Virus record (IMG/VR): IMGVR_UViG_3300016725_000004
Reading direction: 5' to 3' (one strand)
From: a virus
DNA length: 64,000 nt
Below are positions 37,603 to 46,919 of this stretch, one piece after another (position 1 is the first letter of the stretch; each line of letters begins with the position of its first letter). The notes beneath the pieces were generated by a model that ran no database searches, was not told the DNA's origin, and worked only from the letters and a program-made list of their open reading frames with translations. Position numbers and translations under genes: made by a program.

Positions 37603-38064
37603 CTAGGCCAAATTAATGGCGTGGTACGGCAGTTTGTGCGGCTTGCTTGCTTTTAGCAATTCCACATATCCCAAGTTGAACAAGTCGCCGTTGCGCAACT
37701 TGCTAAAATAAAATTCAGCGTAATCTTTTGTCGTAAAACTGGTTCGATTATCATTTTCAGGGTTAATCAAATCCGTATACAACACGCGCCAACTAATTTG
37801 GCCGGGCGAAGAACTATCACAATATATATTAAAAATTCTTATTAGGAATGTTATCTCTCCACACTCAAAGGTTGGAGGTACTTCAAATAATACTGCATAA
37901 ACTTCTCGGTCAGTAAACTCATAATATTCACAGTCAGTGACACCCAACTTTATAAAGTTCACACAAGTTTTATTTCGTATCGGATCTGTTTGTTGTGTAG
38001 ATTTAATAAAATCTGCAAAGTTTGCAAATTTTGAAAAATCATGGTGAGCGAATTTTATTTGCAT
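37603..38064 (-). CDS. hypothetical protein (153 aa)
   Basis: minus-strand ORF. Confidence 0.5.
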   Translation of the reverse strand: MQIKFAHHDFSKFANFADFIKSTQQTDPIRNKTCVNFIKLGVTDCEYYEFTDREVYAVLFEVPPTFECGEITFLIRIFNIYCDSSSPGQISWRVLYTDLINPENDNRTSFTTKDYAEFYFSKLRNGDLFNLGYVELLKASKPHKLPYHAINLA

Positions 38065-38073
38065 AATGACTCC

Positions 38074-38336
38074 TCAATATAATTGACGAAACGTAGTTGA
38101 AGCTTCAACTCTGTCAAATAAAGTTGTGCCTTTATCATTAAAGACAAAATCAATTTTTAGAGTTTGCACATTAACTTTCAATATTTGATATGTACCTGTC
38201 ATGTATTCATGAAGGATTACTGCATAACTATTCTCCGCAAGATTTTTTATTCCAACACAGGATTCAGTAAGCAATCCACTACTTTTAGCTACAATATTCT
38301 CTTTAAACTTTTCCTGAATTTCCTCAAATTTCATTG
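38074..38336 (-). CDS. small protein (87 aa) overlapping stop of HTH gene
   Basis: MKFEEIQEKFKEN...; the 207-aa track ORF upstream of this Met is out-of-frame overlap with HTH gene. Confidence 0.35.
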
Positions 38337-38824
38337 AGGAAATCCTTTGCGGAACAACCAAAAATACCACCAAGCAGCTTTGCTTTGTTTCTTGGAATGT
38401 TACGCTGACCAAGTTCATATTGGCTGATATGTGATTGCGGCACACCGAGATCCTGTGCGAGTTCTTTTTGCGTGAGATTTGCATTCCTACGCAATTCTCG
38501 CAAAATGTCACACGGATACTTTGCGCTTTTAGGTTTAACAATTTTCCAAGTTTTGGGATTAGGAAAAGAATACATGCTAATATCCAATTGTCCCAAACAA
38601 ATAGTTTCAGAGGTACAATCTTTTCTTTCCACCTCCAAAACCAGCGCAAAACCAATTTCACCTTTAGGATTACAGATAGTAATAATACTATCTGCATCTA
38701 CTACAAAAAATGATCTTACAGTAATTTGGTCTGAAATTTTAACCATATCAAGGTCAGTACCTTGATAAATGGCAAAGTTACGAATGTTGGGTTTTTTCAA
38801 AGGAAGGCAAGTCAGAGTATACAT
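38324..38824 (-). CDS. XRE-family HTH protein with unknown N-terminal domain (166 aa)
   Basis: C-terminal LRELRRNANLTQKELAQDLGVPQSHISQYELGQRNIP (Cro/C1-type helix-turn-helix). Confidence 0.55.
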   Translation of the reverse strand: MYTLTCLPLKKPNIRNFAIYQGTDLDMVKISDQITVRSFFVVDADSIITICNPKGEIGFALVLEVERKDCTSETICLGQLDISMYSFPNPKTWKIVKPKSAKYPCDILRELRRNANLTQKELAQDLGVPQSHISQYELGQRNIPRNKAKLLGGIFGCSAKDFLNEI

Positions 38825-38833
38825 TTCGTTCTC

Positions 38834-39646
38834 CTAAGCAAGACGAATATAATCAGTAAGTTGATCCACATAGCCAGTAAGCTGAATAAAGGATTCAGCA
38901 CTGCCGCCCAAATCAGGATGGTGAATCTTTGACAAAGCACGGTATTGCGATTTGATTTGCTCCAAAGTAAGTTCTTCAATTGAGTCAAGCAAACCAAGAA
39001 ATTCAGCAGCTTCAATAACCTTACGCGGAAATCCACGCAATTTGGACTGCGCATTCATTTCCTCAACTTGCTCTTTTGTGTAATCCGAAAGAACAACATC
39101 CTGTTCAATGTTGAAACAAACTTTAATACCTTCTTTCAGAAAAGCATAAAAACTGCGGTAGTGCCAATCACTAGCACGATAATATCCTGCACCACCACAA
39201 TAATAGGAACCACTTTTATTTTCATAGTTTGAAAAATGTTGTGGCTTCACAACACTGCCGGGTCGATATTTATTCTTTAAGTCTTCTGTAGCTTTTGAAG
39301 CTGCCATAGCCTTTGTTGCAGTTGCCATTGAAATGGCTTCGGCTTCAAAGGCAGAAGCCCTATAATAATCATCATCCTTCCTCCAGTAAATGCGGTAGGA
39401 AGGCATGAGAATGCGGGCATAGAAATACTTTGCCAAGTTCTGGTGAGCTTGGTCATCAAGCTCAATTCGCCGGGCAATATTCTTAATCTTTTCAAAGATT
39501 TCTTTTGCGCCGTTACGAAAACGGATGGTGGTCATCTTACCTTCGTGAAGTTTCAAGTAATCACGAAAGTCTTCTGCCAAGTCTTCAACAATGTTGAGCA
39601 AGTTGAAATTTCCGAGATACTTCTTTTCATAAGCCTTGGGTTTCAT
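38834..39646 (-). CDS. J-domain (DnaJ-like) protein (270 aa)
   Basis: C-terminal QIKSQYRALSKIHHPDLGGSAESF (HPD tripeptide, J-domain helix II/III). Confidence 0.6.
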   Translation of the reverse strand: MKPKAYEKKYLGNFNLLNIVEDLAEDFRDYLKLHEGKMTTIRFRNGAKEIFEKIKNIARRIELDDQAHQNLAKYFYARILMPSYRIYWRKDDDYYRASAFEAEAISMATATKAMAASKATEDLKNKYRPGSVVKPQHFSNYENKSGSYYCGGAGYYRASDWHYRSFYAFLKEGIKVCFNIEQDVVLSDYTKEQVEEMNAQSKLRGFPRKVIEAAEFLGLLDSIEELTLEQIKSQYRALSKIHHPDLGGSAESFIQLTGYVDQLTDYIRLA

Positions 39647-39671
39647 TTATAACTCCTTTTTGGTATGGTAT

Positions 39672-39700
39672 ATTATATCATAATATATGGTAATTGTCAA
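39672..39700 (-). promoter_or_regulatory. consensus sigma70 promoter (TTGACA-N17-TATAAT)
   Basis: -35 at 39695-39700, -10 at 39672-39677; tggtatattatatca core. Confidence 0.55.
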
Positions 39701-39762
39701 GTATCTGACACATACGAAAAATGGCTGAAAACCAGCCATTTACGCCAATTTTCAGCCATTAA

Positions 39763-39969
39763 TTAAATGGGATTTGAGATACTATTCAATCGTTGAAGTA
39801 TGTCTGCTTGGCAGTTATCATGCAAATGAATAATAACACGACCATACCTATGAGAACCATCAGCTTCATCTGTACGTTCCATAAAGGTAAAGGTGTTAGT
39901 ATTATCTGGAATGATAACTTGTTTGCATTTATCGCAAATATAAACCGTATCTAATTTCACTATTTCCAT
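39763..39969 (-). CDS. small Cys-containing protein (68 aa)
   Basis: CDKCKQ...HDNCQ; minus-strand ORF. Confidence 0.4.
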   Translation of the reverse strand: MEIVKLDTVYICDKCKQVIIPDNTNTFTFMERTDEADGSHRYGRVIIHLHDNCQADILQRLNSISNPI

Positions 39970-40235
39970 TATTCAACCAATTCACAAATCTTAAATTTAA
40001 GTTTAAATTCTGCGAGCATTTTTCCTTCAAATTTAAGAAATTGCACAATACCAATTTCATAGTTCACATATACACATTCAATAACTGTACCCGCCTTAAA
40101 TTTTCCAATATCTTTACGAAGCTCTACATTTTCATATTGAATAGAAAAATCTTCTGCGGTATCAAACTCAGAAAACTTTACAAAATATTGGTACAGCGGG
40201 TCTTTTTTCTTAAACTTGGTAGTTTTCGTTTTCAT
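39969..40235 (-). CDS. hypothetical protein (88 aa)
   Basis: minus-strand ORF. Confidence 0.4.
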   Translation of the reverse strand: MKTKTTKFKKKDPLYQYFVKFSEFDTAEDFSIQYENVELRKDIGKFKAGTVIECVYVNYEIGIVQFLKFEGKMLAEFKLKFKICELVE

Positions 40236-40259
40236 ATGTTCTCCTTTTTTCTTATTATA

Positions 40260-41138
40260 CTATATCCTTTCTTGATTGTCAAGATTAGAATATTGACGAA
40301 AATTATCATAGCTACCTTTGCGAATACAAAGTTTAGATATATCTCCAAAGTATTCTTCTAAACAATCAAATAATAATTGGGTAATTTTTACTTCATCTGG
40401 CATTTCAGGTAAATCACAGGATTTACATAATTGATGCAATTCTTTTTCCTGATCTGCAAACCAATTAAGCACCTCGTGTTTAGACCAAGCACCAGTACGA
40501 ATATCTTGTAAATCTTTCTTACGATAATGTAAATCTATCTGTCCAGATTGTAAAATTTGCCTAGCTTCATTTACCAATCTAACTAAGTTGTATGCATATT
40601 TTACATCATATCCATATTTTTCAATTAGTATGCGCCTTTTAGAAAGGCTATCAGGATTCCATTTTGCTTGTAATTTATGTTTCTGTTTATATGCATAACC
40701 AAGATATGTTTTCTTACATAGTTTAGTTACAAATAAACTTCTATTATCACGAACCATCTTTCCAATCTTAGTTTGATTAAGAATACAATCTTGAGAAGAA
40801 AATAAGGAATCAAGAATATTTGGGTTACTTTCAAGTAATAATCTAAAATAATGAACAATATTATAAATTGTTAAATCATGAGATTTATTTTGATACATAA
40901 TATGTGATGGATAATAACCAGTAAATGTAGGAATAGCTGTTGAGAATCCATGTATTTTACCAAAGGAACTAGGAAAAATTAATTCAATAGGAGGGATACA
41001 AAAACTAAAAATATCAATATCTGAAGTTTCAGTTGCTAATCCATAGGCATGACTACCAAGGATAGTTTCATATTCAGTAGTAATTGGAAAATTATAACTA
41101 ATTAAACCGTGTTCAAATAACTGTGATACAATTGACAT
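40260..41138 (-). CDS. nucleotidyltransferase-fold protein (Pol beta superfamily, 292 aa)
   Basis: ILGSHAYGLATETSDIDIFSF (GS..YG...SD.D minimal NTase motif). Confidence 0.5.
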   Translation of the reverse strand: MSIVSQLFEHGLISYNFPITTEYETILGSHAYGLATETSDIDIFSFCIPPIELIFPSSFGKIHGFSTAIPTFTGYYPSHIMYQNKSHDLTIYNIVHYFRLLLESNPNILDSLFSSQDCILNQTKIGKMVRDNRSLFVTKLCKKTYLGYAYKQKHKLQAKWNPDSLSKRRILIEKYGYDVKYAYNLVRLVNEARQILQSGQIDLHYRKKDLQDIRTGAWSKHEVLNWFADQEKELHQLCKSCDLPEMPDEVKITQLLFDCLEEYFGDISKLCIRKGSYDNFRQYSNLDNQERI

Positions 41139-41147
41139 TGTTCTCCT

Positions 41148-41510
41148 TTAAAATAATTGTATATTACCACAAGAATCAATATATGTGACATAAGGTGTAC
41201 GAATAAGATTAACTCCTTTAAACTCTTTAGTATAATTAAATATGTCATTTAAAACCTTTGCAGCTACTTTATCTTCATATTCTTGCAAATTAATATCAGG
41301 TTGTTCTTCAATACAATCTAAATCCTCTGAAAAACTTGAAAGTAAACAATCCAATTCAATACCAGAATTGGTTAATATTGCAATATATTCAAATCCATCA
41401 TCAATATAACGAAAATTAGTTACAGTTACTATTTCATGTTTTGATATTACAGGATTATTATTTTGCAATATATTATGTAAACATTTAACTTTCTGTCCTA
41501 TTTTAAGCAT
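41148..41510 (-). CDS. hypothetical protein (120 aa)
   Basis: minus-strand ORF. Confidence 0.45.
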   Translation of the reverse strand: MLKIGQKVKCLHNILQNNNPVISKHEIVTVTNFRYIDDGFEYIAILTNSGIELDCLLSSFSEDLDCIEEQPDINLQEYEDKVAAKVLNDIFNYTKEFKGVNLIRTPYVTYIDSCGNIQLF

Positions 41511-42364
41511 GCTGTTATCTCCAATATTTCTAGCAACTGGTCATAATTAAGTTTTGAGTAATCTATATCTTTTTTACCTGGAAAGTATTTACAAATCTTT
41601 TCTTCTAGTAGTCTAGCATTAGCTTTGTATATTCTACTTTCTTCTTTACTTCCTTTAGGTTGACAATTATGTTTGTCTTCACTCTCTTTAATATTAGCTT
41701 CAATTTTAGCTATAAGTTTAGATTTTAATTCATCTTGATTCATAACTTTGATAGCGGCATTAACTAGTTGTTCTGGAACTTCTAAAAATTTAGAAAAATC
41801 ACTAGAAGTAAGTTTATTGTGAGGAATAAGAGTATTATACATTTTAATTAATGAAACTATAGTTTCCACTTTTGAAAGATATGGCTCCCTGTATTTATGA
41901 ACTACGAAATATTTATTAGGCAAAGAAATAATAGCTCGTTCTTCTTGATGTTGTATTCTAATATTTGCTTCAATAATACATTTATCTTTTTCTTTAAGTT
42001 CATAAACTAAATTTTTAATATATTCCTCGGATTTTTCATCTTTTATATCTTGAAGAACTTGTTCAACATAACATGTGCAAATTTCTAATATATCAGCGAG
42101 ATCAGTAGCATCCAAATTATTGTCAGGTGCATAAGAATTAAAAGTATCCACTAATCTTTTAGCGGTAAAATTACTAACTTTTCTTGGACAAGAAGCACAT
42201 TCTTTAGCTATTTTATCAAATTCTTCATCAGACATAAAACCAGCTAAATTAGTTACTTGAGCCCGACTAAATTTTAACATGCGTATCAATGACGTTATTA
42301 TTATTTTAATATCAGGGTTAATACTATTCATTAATAACCTCCTGTTCTCGATTATATTTATCAA
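41498..42364 (-). CDS. hypothetical protein (288 aa)
   Basis: minus-strand ORF. Confidence 0.5.
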   Translation of the reverse strand: MINIIENRRLLMNSINPDIKIIITSLIRMLKFSRAQVTNLAGFMSDEEFDKIAKECASCPRKVSNFTAKRLVDTFNSYAPDNNLDATDLADILEICTCYVEQVLQDIKDEKSEEYIKNLVYELKEKDKCIIEANIRIQHQEERAIISLPNKYFVVHKYREPYLSKVETIVSLIKMYNTLIPHNKLTSSDFSKFLEVPEQLVNAAIKVMNQDELKSKLIAKIEANIKESEDKHNCQPKGSKEESRIYKANARLLEEKICKYFPGKKDIDYSKLNYDQLLEILEITACLK

Positions 42365-42932
42365 TAATCATTTTTCTAATTGTTGAATTAATACCTGGAT
42401 TAATTTGTAATACTTCTGGGATTATATTATGTCGTATTCTATTTCTTGGGTGATATACATCTTTATTAGTTTCATCTTCAATCCAACTATAATTATGTTT
42501 AGTCATATATTTAATTAGTTCTTCTTTTGGAGTAAGAAGAAAAGGACGAATAATATTATTACGAGAATAAGGGATTAATTTAGGCTTACCATGAAATGCA
42601 GAAAATAAATAAGTTTCAACACAATCATTTAAATGATGCGCAGTAATTACTGGAGCATCTAAACTCTCTAAAAAATTATATCTATGTTCTCTCCAATATG
42701 CCTCTTTATTTCTTAATATATTATATTTAATCTTTTCAACAATTAAATTAGGTAATCGTTCTTGTAACCAAGCTAATGCATTTTTTGACGTTTCAGTAAG
42801 ATGATTAAAAAATACAGGAATAACTTTACGATTTTTATCTGCACATATAAAATAATAAGCACACATTGAATCTACACCACCGCTAACTGCAACATAGCAA
42901 GTATTTGGAAGCTTTCCTAATAGCTTAATCAT
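42324..42932 (-). CDS. PP-loop ATPase, TilS (tRNA-Ile lysidine synthetase) N-terminal-domain-like (202 aa)
   Basis: YVAVSGGVDSMCAYY (SGGxDS PP-loop) and ITAHHLNDCVETYLF (TilS-like AHhlDDqaET motif). Confidence 0.6.
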   Translation of the reverse strand: MIKLLGKLPNTCYVAVSGGVDSMCAYYFICADKNRKVIPVFFNHLTETSKNALAWLQERLPNLIVEKIKYNILRNKEAYWREHRYNFLESLDAPVITAHHLNDCVETYLFSAFHGKPKLIPYSRNNIIRPFLLTPKEELIKYMTKHNYSWIEDETNKDVYHPRNRIRHNIIPEVLQINPGINSTIRKMIIDKYNREQEVINE

Positions 42933-43219
42933 TCTTCCTCTGATGAATATGGATCTACAAGAACAACGGTTGTTATTTCTTTATCATCTATATAAAAGGT
43001 ATACATTATATGACCAGCATAATCATAACTAATATCTATTGATGAAAAAGTTTCACCACAAAGAAACTTACCATCATAAGGTGTTATATATTGTCTTGGA
43101 GGAAACTTATCAAAATCTCTTAATAATGTTACATTGTGGTAAGATTCAGAAGCAACATCTATAATTGGTAGACTCTCAGAATATGAAAACATAATATGCG
43201 AATCAACAAAGTAGCTCAT
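42929..43219 (-). CDS. hypothetical protein (96 aa)
   Basis: minus-strand ORF. Confidence 0.4.
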   Translation of the reverse strand: MSYFVDSHIMFSYSESLPIIDVASESYHNVTLLRDFDKFPPRQYITPYDGKFLCGETFSSIDISYDYAGHIMYTFYIDDKEITTVVLVDPYSSEEE

Positions 43220-43228
43220 TATTTCTCC

Positions 43229-43684
43229 TTAATACAAATCGTAGTCAGGTGTAGTTTTATAATAAAACTTTAATTTTAGAATATCCTGATTATCTTTCTT
43301 TTTATCAAGAATTTTTAATCTAATTATACCATCAGTTAAATTGAGCATATAATAGAATTTCTCTCTATGATAGGAATATGGTGTAACATCTTTACCATAT
43401 TCCCAACGATAACTAGTGTTAGTTTCTGCTACAATACATGCAGATAAAAAATTAGGAGAATTTGATGCAAAGGAAGTTAATGCCTTCAATTTATCAAATT
43501 CTCCAAGTTTAAAGTTATTTATTATAGGATAAAATCTATGTAGAAGATTAATATTAGTAATAGATGTATATTGTTTGTATAGGTTAATAGCATTAAAAAA
43601 TGCATCTTGATTTGTAGCTTCTCCAACTAAAAAGAAGCACTCTATATATGGTTGTTTGCCTTTACCAATATCAAAATTTAACAT
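43229..43684 (-). CDS. hypothetical protein (151 aa)
   Basis: minus-strand ORF. Confidence 0.5.
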   Translation of the reverse strand: MLNFDIGKGKQPYIECFFLVGEATNQDAFFNAINLYKQYTSITNINLLHRFYPIINNFKLGEFDKLKALTSFASNSPNFLSACIVAETNTSYRWEYGKDVTPYSYHREKFYYMLNLTDGIIRLKILDKKKDNQDILKLKFYYKTTPDYDLY

Positions 43685-43692
43685 AGTTTCTC

Positions 43693-44292
43693 CTAAACTA
43701 AAATAGTAAATTTTCCATCTACATTAAAAGTTATAAAACTCATTCCACTTTTAAGTCTATGTCTTGTCAATATTTTTGATTGTAAAGTAATATCATCCAT
43801 TTTACCACGAAGTATATCATCTGCATTCAACACATAAGTATAAAATACTAACAAATCTGTATTATTAAAGAAATCTTCAAAAGAATATGATTCAGTTTTT
43901 AGTAAATAATCTACTTCAAATTTCTGTCGTATAACGTCAACCAAAATAATTACACCTGTTCCGTTATCATCAGAAGATACTAGTCGTCCAGCCGTAATAT
44001 ACTCTAGTATATTATGTTTACGTTTTTCAATTAGTTTTTCATTATATATTCTACAAGTTACCGTTTCATCATCATATTTAGTTATTTCTAAATCAATATA
44101 ATATTCAGCATGACATGAGTTTTGATAATAGAATTTAAAAACTTCTATACTTTTAACTTTTTCGTCTATATTTAGTAATTCAGATAATTTTATTAATGGA
44201 GTACATTTTTCGTATTTATACCAATCTGTATACATTTTATTACAATCTTCATAAGTAAAAAGTGGCAAATCAAATTCAGTGAAAGTATTCAT
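43693..44292 (-). CDS. hypothetical protein (199 aa)
   Basis: minus-strand ORF. Confidence 0.5.
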   Translation of the reverse strand: MNTFTEFDLPLFTYEDCNKMYTDWYKYEKCTPLIKLSELLNIDEKVKSIEVFKFYYQNSCHAEYYIDLEITKYDDETVTCRIYNEKLIEKRKHNILEYITAGRLVSSDDNGTGVIILVDVIRQKFEVDYLLKTESYSFEDFFNNTDLLVFYTYVLNADDILRGKMDDITLQSKILTRHRLKSGMSFITFNVDGKFTILV

Positions 44293-44756
44293 TAGTAAGT
44301 AGTAAAGGATAAATTAAAATGTATTTTAAAATCATCTTGATGAATATGAAGTCTATGATAAATACTTTTTACTTCTATATCAAGTATACTTTGTTTTTTC
44401 TGTAAACTTAGTCTTTCAGAATAAGGTGTTAATTTCCATGAAAAATAAGAAGGTGAAGTAGGTATTTTTACAAAGTATTTAATTTTTGCATGTATAAAAT
44501 TAGTATCATTAATCATTCCTCTACACATCAATCGTGTAAAATCTACCAAATTCAATGTATTATTATATTTATTTGGAAATTCTTTTAAATATAATTTAAA
44601 CCTATCTATGTAATCCACATCAAATGCATATTTAGTACGGGCGCAGGCACTATAAAATTCATCTAATTTAGTAGAAGAAATTAGAATTGGTGGAATACAA
44701 AAAGTATTACAAAAGAAGGATAACATTGTTGTATGTTTGTTATGTATTATTTTCAT
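44292..44756 (-). CDS. hypothetical protein (154 aa)
   Basis: minus-strand ORF. Confidence 0.5.
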   Translation of the reverse strand: MKIIHNKHTTMLSFFCNTFCIPPILISSTKLDEFYSACARTKYAFDVDYIDRFKLYLKEFPNKYNNTLNLVDFTRLMCRGMINDTNFIHAKIKYFVKIPTSPSYFSWKLTPYSERLSLQKKQSILDIEVKSIYHRLHIHQDDFKIHFNLSFTTY

Positions 44757-44758
44757 TT

Positions 44759-45130
44759 TTACTCCTTAATTAATAACTCTATTTTTAAATAATTTTTTAA
44801 TTTATAGAAGGTTATTGAATATTGTTTTAAATGCAAAATATATCTAAATATCTTATAACTACGAAGTTTTATACTTTCTTCATTATTTTGAATTGTCCAA
44901 TTACAGAATACATCATAAATATTACATCCAATAAATAATTGATTTACGGAAAATTGTCTTGAAAAAGAACGTAAATTAACTACTACTTTTTCATTATATA
45001 ATATACTTGTAATTCTTTCAATTATATCTATTATTTCTTTTGGAATATCAGTAACCTTCTTAAAAGAAGCATATTCTTTAGTACAATAAAATGTATGTTT
45101 GTTATTTTTATGAATATGACGTAAGATCAC
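44759..45130 (-). CDS. hypothetical protein (123 aa)
   Basis: minus-strand ORF. Confidence 0.45.
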   Translation of the reverse strand: MILRHIHKNNKHTFYCTKEYASFKKVTDIPKEIIDIIERITSILYNEKVVVNLRSFSRQFSVNQLFIGCNIYDVFCNWTIQNNEESIKLRSYKIFRYILHLKQYSITFYKLKNYLKIELLIKE

Positions 45131-45133
45131 ATG

Positions 45134-45553
45134 TTATCCATAATAAAATAAAACACTAAGAATAAGAATATAAATAGTATTATGTGCTAATTGATCTAAT
45201 CCAAAACACATCCAATATTTCTTATCTGATGCTGAATATTTTCCTCCATAATTTGGAGAAGCTTTTAATCTATCAATAATAAAATGTGATACAAAATCAA
45301 ATAATCCAAGATAAAAAGAAACTTCTGTATCTTTAAGTACGCAATAACTAATCGCAATTGTTGGCAGCATATGAATAAAGCAATGACTAGATAATGGTAA
45401 AATCCAGTCATTGCTTGATTTAGGCTTGCCACATAGCATATCTAATATCCAACTGTCTTTAACACCTTTATTCAACATAAATTCTGTGACAAATAAATAG
45501 TCACAGGCATAGTGCTTCAATTGAAACAAAAACAAAAGAAGCAATAATTCCAT
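45134..45553 (-). CDS. membrane protein (139 aa)
   Basis: hydrophobic segments. Confidence 0.45.
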   Translation of the reverse strand: MELLLLLFLFQLKHYACDYLFVTEFMLNKGVKDSWILDMLCGKPKSSNDWILPLSSHCFIHMLPTIAISYCVLKDTEVSFYLGLFDFVSHFIIDRLKASPNYGGKYSASDKKYWMCFGLDQLAHNTIYILILSVLFYYG

Positions 45554-45921
45554 TATTTATTTTCCTTAATATCATTAGCAAACATTAACAATCCTGAAAT
45601 CAAACGTGAAAGAATACCAGAATAATTAGATTCAGTACCATCAAAAACTAAGCGTTTAATTTTACCATAGTTAACATATATTCGTTCATTCGATCTTTCA
45701 ATAAGAAAAGGAAGTTCATTACTCTCACAAAAACTAGCAATACAATTTTGTATTGTATCTATAGATAAATATTTTTCATATTCTTGTCTACAGTTATTAT
45801 ACCCTTCATTGATAGCAATATTTTTAGCAAATTTAAGTTCAGATCTGAGAACAATTATTTCGTAGTTTAACTTTTCTTCTGAAGTCATTTCACACCTCAC
45901 ATGGCATATGGTTACTACCAA
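45553..45921 (-). CDS. hypothetical protein (122 aa)
   Basis: minus-strand ORF. Confidence 0.45.
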   Translation of the reverse strand: MVVTICHVRCEMTSEEKLNYEIIVLRSELKFAKNIAINEGYNNCRQEYEKYLSIDTIQNCIASFCESNELPFLIERSNERIYVNYGKIKRLVFDGTESNYSGILSRLISGLLMFANDIKENK

Positions 45922-46093
45922 AAAAATTTATATATAAACAATCATCTTCATGTACACAACCACAACAAGTATTGATAGGTATATTGGTATTACTCATTAA
46001 TTGTATATTAGGATTATCTTTAATATGTAAGATGGCAGTACCGTATTTTTGAATACGTTCTTTCATAGATATATTTAGAATTTTTTCTTTCAT
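45890..46093 (-). CDS. small Cys-rich protein (67 aa)
   Basis: CCGCVHEDDC...HMPCEV. Confidence 0.35.
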   Translation of the reverse strand: MKEKILNISMKERIQKYGTAILHIKDNPNIQLMSNTNIPINTCCGCVHEDDCLYINFFGSNHMPCEV

Positions 46094-46362
46094 TTTCGTT
46101 TACACCCAATTACAACATAAGGTGTAAAATGATTTGCTATTAAATACTGCATATTACAATTATGATCTTCTAAATATTCGGTTAAAGGAGTATATACTGT
46201 TTCTTGTGATAATATACCGGTATCTTTAAGAGTCATTATATGAGTTACCTTATCTTTTTCATCAATTTTAACTCCAATACAAGCTTTTGGAATTAAAACA
46301 AAATCAATATCAGAAGCAAAACAATTTGTAGAAAGTAAAAGAGTAAGTATGATAGCTAACAT
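46090..46362 (-). CDS. secreted small protein (90 aa)
   Basis: N-terminal signal peptide MLAIILTLLLSTNCFASD. Confidence 0.45.
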   Translation of the reverse strand: MLAIILTLLLSTNCFASDIDFVLIPKACIGVKIDEKDKVTHIMTLKDTGILSQETVYTPLTEYLEDHNCNMQYLIANHFTPYVVIGCKRK

Positions 46363-46919
46363 GATATAGATATATTAACTTTATGTTGAATAAAATCATA
46401 TGAAATCTTAACTATATAACCTAGGTTTTTAATCTTTTTAATTGAAGAAAAATTATAAAGAGTTTCGAGTAATCTTGAAGTTGGTTTATTCTCGGAGTCA
46501 CATAAATCAGAAGATGTAGATGAATATTCTTGGAATACTCTTTTACAAATTGTATTATAAATTTCATATGTCGTTATATTAATGTCTTGAGTGTAATTAT
46601 ATAATTTTGCAGTCTTGCGAAGTATAGTAGATAATTTACTTTCAACAACTACTTTACACAATTGGTTCACATATAATGTAAACCCCAAAGTTATATTTGG
46701 ATCTGTATTTGAATTTTTTGAACAAAGCTTATCAAATTCTCTATTGGCATTTTTTATAAAGTTGGATTGTTCTTCTAAGGTAATTATAATGTCTCTATCA
46801 AGCATATCTTTACATTCATTAACAATATTATTTATATCTTGCGTACTTTCCTCAATAATACGTTTAATCATTTCTTGATTAAACTGAATTTTTCGTTTCA
46901 TTTCATTAGCAGATATCAT
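46356..46919 (-). CDS. hypothetical protein (187 aa)
   Basis: minus-strand ORF. Confidence 0.5.
   Translation of the reverse strand: MISANEMKRKIQFNQEMIKRIIEESTQDINNIVNECKDMLDRDIIITLEEQSNFIKNANREFDKLCSKNSNTDPNITLGFTLYVNQLCKVVVESKLSTILRKTAKLYNYTQDINITTYEIYNTICKRVFQEYSSTSSDLCDSENKPTSRLLETLYNFSSIKKIKNLGYIVKISYDFIQHKVNISISC

Noticed and set aside
38074-38697. 207-aa minus-strand ORF overlapping the HTH gene
   Set aside because: It is out-of-frame overlap with 38324-38824, which has a clear HTH motif. Only its last 87 codons, from Met at 38336, are plausibly a separate small gene.
26200-39700. Interpreting the higher-GC 26-40 kb region as an integrated mobile element or satellite
   Set aside because: No integrase, recombinase, att-like direct repeats or transposase was found. 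Its promoters share the same conserved palindrome as promoters in the AT-rich part (52310, 54298). It is better explained as an early region with many small horizontally acquired inserts.
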